From Aplysia californica (lineage: Eukaryota), in NCBI RefSeq assembly GCF_000002075.1, contig NW_004797358.1, positions 385,491 through 442,910 of the forward strand: DNA of 57,420 nucleotides. The letters are read 5' to 3'. Of this stretch, positions 26,121-35,307 are shown piece after piece. Each line of letters starts with the position of its first letter. Position 1 is the stretch's first letter. The position numbers and the translations under genes were made by a program. Under the pieces are notes generated by a model that did not search any database, was not told the DNA's origin, and worked only from the letters and a program-made list of their open reading frames with translations.

Positions 26121-26479
26121 TTAACAAATCACGTGGACTTTACTGTACCTCATTTTGCTTGATATTGATTCCAGATTACATGTACCTTGTCCTCCAAAAT
26201 GTACACTCAAAAAGTACCGGTAATCAATATATCTTCAAACTATAAGAGTCAGAAGAAGTAGTTTGTAAAATATTGAAGTAGGCTACTATTCTTGATGAGA
26301 AGTACATGTATCATATGAACTTCTGTTAGGTGGAGTTAGTCATGAATTCAGACCAGCATCTCTGTGGCGTAGCAGTTAGGTGCTTTGCTGTCATACACGG
26401 GGGACCCGAGTTCAATTCTTTTTTTTTTTTTTTAAATGGTATAGGTTAACACCCCTATCAACACTATTAAGTTATTTAA

Positions 26480-26600
26480 GGGGCAGGACCTCCTAGTTTA
26501 ACGTCCGTCTCCGATAGGACCGAGCCAAGTGGGAAGTTCGTGTAAAGTGTCTTTCCCAAGGACACAATGTCGGACCGAGCTGAGGCTCGAACCGTGTATC
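26480..26600 (-). mobile_element. SINE fragment (B-box plus CORE-like segment)
   Basis: Reverse strand GGTTCGAGCC...TGTGTCCTTGGGAAAGACACTTTAC...GGACGTTAAAC. A separate tRNA-like head lies at ~26361-26418 on +. Confidence 0.55.
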
Positions 26601-27180
26601 TTGGTCTTTCTGCTGGGGTGTTGTATCTCTCTCAGCCAGGATTAGCCCTGATAAGCAGGGTCAAAGCCGGCCTCCTAAATGATCTAAATTGTATTGATGG
26701 GGGTGTCAAACACCTACATCATATTTTTGTGTGTCACTATTCAACCAGTTGTACGTCATTGTGCAATGTGCTTTGCATCTCTTCAGACTACAGGTATTTC
26801 TATTAAAATGTATAAAAGTCACTTTAGTCAAATGGGTACATTCTTCAAGAATTGATAGTTCAACATATTTAAGAGTCAATCTCAATCAAGTTCAACAATT
26901 TTGGATGCTGATCAGATTAATCAGATTTTTTAAAATTATTAAACTGGAGAAAAGCGAAATGACTGAGGCAGACAACAAAAAAGACTCATTTTCTAAGGAA
27001 AAAAGACATACCGTTGAAACTAATAGGAAGGCCAACCCAGGTCTGCTTGCATCAATACTTTTATAGAGAATTTATTTATTCCAGCCTATTTCAACAACAT
27101 CAGAAAAATTGCAAAACAATCAAATTGGCTGAAACTGAAACCTCATTTTGGTAAAAATGAAGTGATGGGTGAGCTTAATT

Positions 27181-27465
27181 TTAGCCCACTTTATCCTCAT
27201 CAGCATCATCGACATCAAGTGCTGATTTGTCTGACATACACTGCACATTGTTGGATTTTTCATCGTTGACTTCGTTTGGCTGGTCCAATGGCAGTAGTGA
27301 ATCTGTCTGGGATACTGGAGGTTCAGCGTCCGCGTTTAGTGAAGAGAACTCCTCACACGCCATTTTCTCTAAGTCTAGAGTGCATTCAACGCAGCTCTGG
27401 TCCATTTTCTCCAGTTCCAGAATCAGGTCGGGGCTGAAGAGGGTAGCGAGGTCCACTTCCAGCAT
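27181..27465 (-). CDS. Orphan gene, downstream ORF: 94-aa acidic protein (MLEVDLATLFSPDLILELEK...DEDKVG) in the last exon
   Basis: Coding-like GC and codon pattern in AT-rich surroundings; acceptor AGs at 27556-57 and 27546-47; AATAAA on - at ~27071-27080. No family recognised. Confidence 0.5.
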   Translation of the reverse strand: MLEVDLATLFSPDLILELEKMDQSCVECTLDLEKMACEEFSSLNADAEPPVSQTDSLLPLDQPNEVNDEKSNNVQCMSDKSALDVDDADEDKVG

Positions 27466-27829
27466 ATGGGTGCGCACTGGAAGAAATACATGTAAACGAT
27501 TAGCTCTTGGGGGCACCAGTCATTTAGCAATATTGATAACGTCATCTGCATGTATCTAAAGATGTTTAAAAAGACCAGAGCCAAATTCACGCTCAGTGGG
27601 TGGTTGATGGGTGCTCTGACGTGATGTGATCCTTTCCTATCAAATATTAAAGGTCTGTATCACTCCTTCTCCTTTTCTGTGCACGTTACTCTCTAGTAAC
27701 GCCTCTGATCTGTAGCACTTATATGACCTAGTTGTGTTGTAAGTGCCGTAAAACTTTTACCTAAGTTTTTAAATATATTATGTAATACATTATCATTTTA
27801 GGGTATGTTTTTTAAAAATTGTCCAACCC

Positions 27830-28559
27830 CAAGATCCACGTCCGGGGAGGTGGAAACGACAAAGTAGGGGATTGCTGGGTTCAACGAAGTACGGTGTTGC
27901 TTTATGCCACTGAGGCGTCACGCTAGCCGAGGAGGAGAACCCGGGTCATCCCGAATAGTTGCTGGCTAACAGGGCTCTGGTGAAACTGTGACAGGCCTAG
28001 CAAGTCGGCAGCGGATTCTTTATTGCTAAACAAAAAAACACACCAAAAAAACAATGAAAGAAAGAAACGGACTGATACAGACGGAAAACGACCTGGAAAA
28101 GTTAAAAGATTACGAGAAAGGATTTGTACTCTTAACATCTGTGGCCTCAAAGACAAGGAACAAGAACTCATTACTTTCATGAAAAGGTGGAGAATTCCAA
28201 TACTTGGCCTGTCGGATTGCCGTTTAAAAGTAAAAGGAAGTGGGACCAAGAAAATACATGAAAGTGGTGGGCACAAATGATGTCATGCATCACATCCAAC
28301 ACCAAAGAATGAAATCAAATGGTTCGGACATCTCCTACGATTACCAACACACCATCCAGCACAAAGTGCCTACATTTTTTTAAAAATACGATGGCAACAA
28401 GGCTAGAGGGCTACCGAGAAAGACCTAGATAGATGGAGTCAGGGAAACATTAACCACCCACGGCATTTCCCTGACCCAAGCTCTCCGGCTGGCGACAGAG
28501 AGACGTCTCTTTCTTCCTGCGACATCCAAAAGGGTATAAGCGGCTGATAAAAGTAAAGT
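27830..28559 (+). mobile_element. Internally deleted RTE-clade LINE
   Basis: 5' leader, then APE endonuclease N-terminus (ICTLNICGL...ILGLSDCR) fused at ~28270 to the RTE C-terminus (IKWFGHLLR...RGLPRKT), ending in an AAAGT-repeat tail. Confidence 0.8.
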
Positions 28560-28634
28560 CCAGTGTGAGTTTGACCATATAGCCCTACATCTAGTGTATG
28601 TTATTTTGATTTCAGAGTGCAAAACTGCTGCAAG

Positions 28635-29284
28635 TCATGGTAAATTCAGACCTACATCGTAAAAATAAAGAAATATGTATACTATAAGGTCTACATGTAG
28701 CAGCTACGTTGGTTAGTTTCTGAGACAACCATAACTGTGAAAGTGTCTTTATTCTTTATGAGGAAACATGATTGTCTTACGGCTTCGTAGTAGTTGTTTT
28801 GCTCATAATGGTGAGTTTGTTGTTGTAGTTGTTGGTGGGTTTTGCTTTAATTTTTATTAGTAGCAGATGTTTTTATGCCACTATCGACACGATTTGGATC
28901 ATATAGGGTGGTGGGCTTCCGACTATGCCAGTCAGGACCAAACCCTGGCTGAGAGGAATACAACTACATTGTATTACAACATCCCAGCAGAAAGATCAAG
29001 ATACTCGATAAGGATTTCTCCACACTTGGGAATCGGGAGTCGAGTACCATGCATGCGGCAGCGAAACGTCTACTTACCGCTTTATCACAGACACCGGTTC
29101 ATGATGAGGTAAAAATCCAGCATAAAAAAGGACCTGTAAACTGTAGCACGCCAAATTTTGGCCCGAAGAGAAAGAGAAAAGCAATCAGTACTGAATCTGA
29201 CCGAAAACGAAGCTTTAAATGGGGCAAAAAGATGAGACAGCAGTTTTAAAAAAACAAACAATGGCGATGCAGATAGATAGATAG

Positions 29285-29315
<31 letters not shown>

Positions 29316-31064
29316 GTATAAAGAAATTTTTTAAATATATATATTGAAATTTGTATATTATTCTACTCTATGTAAGAAAAAGTAATAACCAGATAAGTTG
29401 AGAATCTGGTCCTGTAACGTCATCAAGTCCCTGTCGAAGCCATCCACGGATTCAAGAGCTTCACTCTGCTTGAAGTTTTTCACGGCTGCTGACAATTCAA
29501 CTGCATTGCCTGTTTCTGCATTGTATTCCCTGAAGGAAAAGACAAAACTGAAAAAGTAAGCTTATTAAAGGGGGGGGGGGGGGGGGGGGGGCTACACCTG
29601 AAGGCTATCCCGCTTATTAATCGACCGAATTTTACCAAAATTTCACACATAGGCCTATAACAAGCATAGTAAGGAGCCTTAAAATCCCCAATCAAATTTG
29701 AGAAAAAAGTTTCGTTTCCATGGATACGGTGGCCATATTGGATTTAGTTTACATGTCTTGCGTACAATGAATACCGCACTTACTGCTCATGGAGATTGAT
29801 TGTATTTTTACATGCGTGTTTACAAACATTAGATCTAAAAATTTGTCTGTTGGTTTTTTTCCTAAACGAATTAGAAATCTTTTAATGAATTTTTTCCTAA
29901 AGAAGTCTTCAAGTTTGCAAAAAAATTCGTGAAAATCTATACTCAAGGAACAAAAATCTATTTCATATATAAAAAATTCAACAGACGAATTTTTAGTATT
30001 ACATCTTCTCTTCATTCTGTGAAAATTTAAGGGAGATTGGATAAAAAAAATGGTGGAGCTATTTTTAAAAAGTACAGACAAAAGTAGCGTTTTGAGAACT
30101 GCTGACAAAGAAAAATAAAATATCGACTTTATGAGGAAATGGTGGTGACAAACATGCCCGGTATGGGAAGGAGTGAGGTTTTGGGGGGTTCTGATGCAAT
30201 GGAATAGTTGTAGGAGAGAGTGAGGAAGCTAAAAATGCCTACAACAACTCAAATTTCATAATTTTGAGCCGAATGCGGCAGGGTACAGGGACGAAATCCT
30301 ACGTCCCCTTGATGTTCCTCTCCTGCAACAGATTGGACCCCAGGCAGTACTGGAGGACGACAACGCCACACCACATCGCGCACGCATCGTGGGGGACTCC
30401 CTGCAGAAGCGAGCTGTCACCTGCACGGACTGACCAGCTTGTAGTCCGGATTTGAACCCAACAGGGAACATTTGGGATCACATTGACCGGTGGATAAGGG
30501 ACAACCACCCTCATGCACAAAACCTTCAACAACTCTTGGGCTGCCTCGTCCAGGAATGGCAGAACCTACCGCAACAAGTTCTCCGAAGGCATGTCCTGTC
30601 CATGCGTCGACGCTGTGCCGAGTGTTGGATTAACCAGGGTGGCTAAACCCGCTGTAGACTATGTTCATGAAAAACTATGGCTGTTCAGACTTTTGAAATC
30701 CCACCAGTGTGACTAAAACTCAATTTACATGAACTTCTCGTTGTTGTTGAAATCTGAAATTGTACACACTTAATCTAGAGAGTCGAAAGCATCATTTCTG
30801 AAAAAAGGAATAAATTTGGTTAAACTGTTCTTCAGTTATCTTTCTTTGAATTTTTGTTCCTTGACTTTTTGGTGCGAGTTTACTTATGATGGCCTCTGAC
30901 GTAAAGAAAACAGTGCTGTTTTACGAAAACATTTAGATCTAGAAATCTAGATAGATAAATCTAGAGCTCTTGCGAGATAAAAATTTAAAAGGTGATCTTC
31001 TTAGTCTAGGCTGGTCTAGGCTAAGGGTTCAAACCAACCTTGATCCGTCGCCAGCCAAAGACAT
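28635..31064 (-). CDS. Orphan gene, first ORF: spliced 60-aa protein MSLAGDGSREYNAETGNAVELSAAVKNFKQSEALESVDGFDRDLMTLQDQILNLSGLNLP
   Basis: Exons 31064-31039 (donor AG|GTTGGT, phase 2), 29529-29390 (strong pyrimidine acceptor, weak donor G|GTTATT, phase 1) and 28651-28589 (pyrimidine tract plus TAG acceptor); TGA at 28637-28635. Phases match across both introns. Confidence 0.6.
30270..30882 (+). mobile_element. Tc1-family transposon 3' fragment (transposase pseudogene)
   Basis: YRDEILRP...LEDDNATPHRAR...D*PACSPDLNPTGNIWD...EWQNLPQ...SMRRRC is the DD34E-type C-terminal half, with a stop codon and loss of the catalytic E; TIR-like end near 30880. Confidence 0.9.
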
Positions 31065-31928
31065 GCTACTCAAAATGGATAAAGCCACGTAGATCTAAAT
31101 ACACGTGCTCCCAACTTCAGTTCCAGTTTTGTCTTGAACAACTTCTTTGGTCGAATTCAGTCACTCAAACAGTGACAGAATTGAAATTTCAGCGGCAAAA
31201 CTTGTGGTTAGGCCTAGCTAATCGATCACGTGAGCAATGAAGATTTATCGATCACGTGACCAGGATTTTTCTAGGCATAGCCTAATTTTTATTTAGCTAG
31301 GCAGATCTAATTATTTGGCTCTTTCTTGGCCTTCGTACAACTGTTCAAACACTTTGTAACGTCAGTAGTCCAAGACTTAGTAAGTATAGATTCTAGCCAG
31401 CCTAGACGATTTATTGAGAACTGATGAGAATTTAACTGAGAGTGAGAGTGAAAATAAAAACCAACCCGTCTAGGCCTACACCCTTTTTCAGGCTGCGTCA
31501 GTCTGATAAAAAACCAACAAAAAAACACCAAACAAACTCAAATACATATATATCCTAGACTAATCAAAGCCATCTAGATTTCTAGACTAGATTTAGATTT
31601 TTTTTATAGTCTATTATTTCATGAAAAGTGAGGACATGCTCGTTGGGACAGGCCAATGAGATGAAAAACAAAATTGTGGATCTCTTTTTAGCCCATTTTA
31701 TTTGAATCTTAGCCTAGGCCAAGGGCCTAATCTCAAACCCCCCAATGTCACTGGCGGCGTGATCGTGATCTGGCCAGCGGATGATGATACACGAGCAGCG
31801 AGCGAGCAGGTAGGCTAGGCTGGCGTATTGTTTTGCTTCAAGCTTGTATCAGTGAGTAGATTGTAGACGAAGATAATGTTTCTGTCTCAGCAATAATAAT
31901 TAGATCTAGATCTTGAGATCAAGAAACG
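31065..31928. promoter_or_regulatory. Candidate bidirectional promoter between the orphan - gene and the NHL + gene
   Basis: Divergent ATG-bearing first exons (31064 on -, 31929 on +); duplicated ATCGATCACGTGA (31221-31233, 31247-31259); CCAAT boxes near 31653 and 31742; CpG retained. Confidence 0.55.
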
Positions 31929-31947
31929 ATGAGCTCGTTCCCGAAAT
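31850..31947 (+). other. Candidate first exon of the NHL gene (ATG at 31929, MSSFPK)
   Basis: Donor T|GTAAGA at 31947/31948 downstream of promoter motifs; the start boundary is a guess. Confidence 0.4.
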
Positions 31948-33144
31948 GTAAGACAATTAGAACCTATAGGAGGCCTTCCAGACTTTTCCTTTTAGACTGT
32001 TTCTGTATCTTTGTGATCGTGTTTTTAGGCTAGGCTCTTCAACAGCGTCTTGAAGAAGTACTCAACTTCGGAGTTTGTCCCTGGTGGCTCGGGCCTAGAT
32101 TTCTTGCTGTTTTGCACCCTTTGCATAAACACTAACTCACTAGATCTAGTCTAATACAAACGTAGAATCTAGCTGTGCCAGCACGGGAGTCAGGCCTGAT
32201 GCATACCTCTCCCGGTCCCCTGCTATTTTGATGGTTTGTCTTTGCTTGAACGTTTGCCGTTTGCTGTGTTGTATAATATGTATTGTAGATCTCGGTGCTT
32301 TTTCGGTAGTTCCCATCCCCCTTATTTGAGCATACATCTTGATCTATACGTTTGATTCGCGGCAAGCAAAGATATCAAACCTAATAACTGCAAAACATTA
32401 AATTGTGGTAAAATTCAGGGGGGCATGCCTCCCTGAAAACCCCCACCATATTTTTGGCCCCTACTCTTGGGGCCAAAACCGGCGAATAACAATTGTGGGG
32501 TGGGAACTACCGAAAAAGCGCCTAGATCTCTAAGTCTAAATCTAGATCAGATGTAGAGTATAGATCTAGATCTAGATCTAGAATGTTTTTATTTTAGGTA
32601 GCGATATTTTGACGGCATACGGTCTGAAGGTCGTAGTTGATATTTCCATGGCATGCTGTATGAACATCGGAAGTGATACCTATACGGTATTCCGTCTTGA
32701 GTCTAAAGATCGGAATTGATATTTCGACGGCATAGAGGCTCTGCTTGAAGTGCATCAAAGCAAGAATTGAGTTTGTTTTCCAGGCAACGATTCGGGTAAT
32801 CATCCCTACCCGACCCGACCCGATCCCATCCGCAAATGGGCCCCCTACTGTTGGAAAAAAAAGTCTTCTCTCCATTTTGCTTGCACAAAATAAATTGTGC
32901 ATCTCTCACTCTCGTTACAATCACAAGCACAAAACATTTCATTATTGTCCATAATGCACAAAATGATAGCAAACATTGTTAACTAAACATACAGGTATCT
33001 TAAATTGTCTATAATGCGTTACTTATGGAAAAGAGATAGGCCTAGGCTTAGTTATAAAAATGGTCCAGATGTTCTGATTGGCTGAATATTTATGGGCCGT
33101 GGAATTATCTCTTTCGATTTTTCGACGGCCTGCCGTATAAATAT

Positions 33145-33518
33145 CCACTTCCTTTTATTTTTGGCTCAACACCTTTTACATCCATTCAAAAACATATTCC
33201 TGCATGCATTGTACTGAGTTGAAAAACATTGATGAGAGGCACAAAAAATGTAAATTTGCAGTTTCCAGGGACACTCTTCAAGCTTTGTTGGAAATCACCA
33301 AACTTTGATGTTCATTTTCTGACTAATTTTACCTCGGACACCAGGTGACCTCCACCTGCATCAGTTGCAAATATATATTATATATATTCCATTCACCATT
33401 TTATTTAAGATAGATGGGTTCTTTCTTCATCAAATGCGAGGAAAATGAACAGGCATGAAGGTGATACCAATCTTATCCAAAAATTGACGAGCGCCTCATT
33501 CCTCCGCATCGTGAAACA
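33145..33518 (+). mobile_element. MITE family A, copy 4 (5'-truncated)
   Basis: Shares the internal sequence and right TIR with 17110-17559. Confidence 0.75.
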
Positions 33519-33616
33519 TGGCATGGTCATACGAGGGCGTGGGATACATTAAACATTTTCAGTTTGGTAGGAATTAACTTTTGATTTTGCCCAGGTGGCA
33601 GCCAAAGATTTCTCTT

Positions 33617-33981
33617 ATTGATTTTGGACCACCAAGGAATCTTTAACGTGCGCAACTTGCACATAAGGGACATCCGAGATTTTTCGCCCTTACCCGAGAA
33701 GGCTACAAGGTGTTACATCCTACCTACCCTAAGATCAGGGTTTTTGCTGACAGACAGCAGTAAGGAGGAGCCAAAGAGTAGCAGAAGAAAGACTGCAAAA
33801 AGAGTCTGGAGCCCAGAAGGGAGGCAGAAAGTGAAGACGAAAGCAGATGACAGAACATAGGTGTTACAGTGCAAGAAAGGAGGTGAAAGGAGAAATTAGA
33901 TTTTCCGTCAATGTCAGGTTTCGAACCTGGGACCTGTTGAATGAGACAAACACCAAAACCTTTAGACCAAGAGAGCGCCCC
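33617..33981 (-). mobile_element. tRNA-derived SINE (Nin-like), uninterrupted copy
   Basis: Reverse-strand head GGGGCGCTCTCTTGGTCTAAAGG..GGTTCGAAACC; body matches 3640-3935. Confidence 0.75.
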
Positions 33982-35307
33982 TATTCCTGCCTCTGATGTC
34001 CAAGGTCAATAGAGGTGAACAGGGAAAAGAGAAATTTATGGTATAATTTCACCTTTTTGCAAATTGGCAAAAAGGAAATTCGAAAGTTGGGACTCTTCAG
34101 GATGATCTATATATCCTTCCTAATTAAAAGCTTATTAAACATAAATATGTGGCAAGATGCTATGGAATCAGGTGTTTGTCAATTTTTGAGCATTTATGGA
34201 GTCACTGGCATCATCGTAGAGGTATGCGATTGAAGGTGGGGGTCGTTTGGTGTTGAAGGTAAATTAGTTAGAAATGGCCTCCCTAACGTTTGGTTACTTC
34301 CGAAGCTTGAGTGTCAGTAAAAACTATTTTGCATGCCTTTGATCAATGTTTTTCCTTAAATTCCAAACAGAAATGGACATAAAAGGTGTTGGGCCTATAA
34401 AAAAAAATGTGATAAAAATTGCCCAATGGGCTTAAAAATGTTTTTTTGATTTAGATTCTAGTTGTTTTGACGAGCGCCAGGTTTCACCACAATCCCTCAC
34501 AAATTTTTATAGCGCTACAATGGTTTATTCTCTCTGTTGGACATGGAATTTATAGATTGTAGGCTATATATGACACTTATTGAATACTTTTCATTTACTA
34601 TGAATAACAAACTAATTGGCTGTTGAGGTCCCCCCCCCCCCTCTATATTGTTGTCTCAAACATATTATAACTGCCATTCGCCCATTGTGTTTAAATTTAA
34701 TACAATGTTGGATTCCTCACCATGATATTATTACAAGACTGTCTAGTCTAGTGTAAATCGTGTGATATAATTTCATTCTTCTGGCGGCACTTCAAAGGTA
34801 GTAAATTATCAATTTGCAACTTAAAAAATTTTCTTTGTTTAGTGTTGTATCTAAAGACAATTTATGCACGTAAAAACAAAGTTTTAGGTTTATTATACAT
34901 TATAAAAAAGAAAAGATTTTTGACAAAATAATTTATTAGCTAACTGATAGTTGCGTTGTCGAGTGCTACAGTACTCTTTAATTTTCTAGCAAGTATCATT
35001 GTCATAATGTTAACTAACTGCGAAGGTGTTTTTATGGATTTGTGAGTCTGTGCTAAATTTCAAATAATTAATTTCATAAAGAAAGCTATACTTTCTAAAA
35101 GAGAGAAATTGTTCCTGTGGACCCACCATGGACCTGTGGGTGGTCAGCAAAGACATTGTCTGTTTAGTGTTGTTCATTCGAGTTGCAGGTACCCTGTCTG
35201 CTGTCATATATGCTTTTTATTTTGCTCCAGAAACAAAAACATTTCTTGACACCTTTTTTTCAGATATTTTAAGCTGATGTTCAGTTGTATCATCCTCAGA
35301 TATAAAG

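Noticed and set aside
26361-26418. tRNA genes here and at 1984, 16421, 51021 and 52384
   Set aside because: A/B boxes are present but no complete cloverleaf; these are SINE heads.
26900-27180. SECIS element for the TGA-containing orphan gene
   Set aside because: ATGA and TGA words exist on the - strand, but the spacing to AA and the stem pairing do not fit a SECIS by eye.
28616-28810. Plus-strand exon-like signals (TTTCAG|AGTGC..ATG|GTAAAT; ATG|GTGAGT)
   Set aside because: No coherent gene can be built from them; the region is better explained by the minus-strand gene.
32025-32126. 33-aa minus-strand ORF MQRVQNSKKSRPEPPGTNSEVEYFFKTLLKSLA
   Set aside because: Too short, with no splice or homology support.
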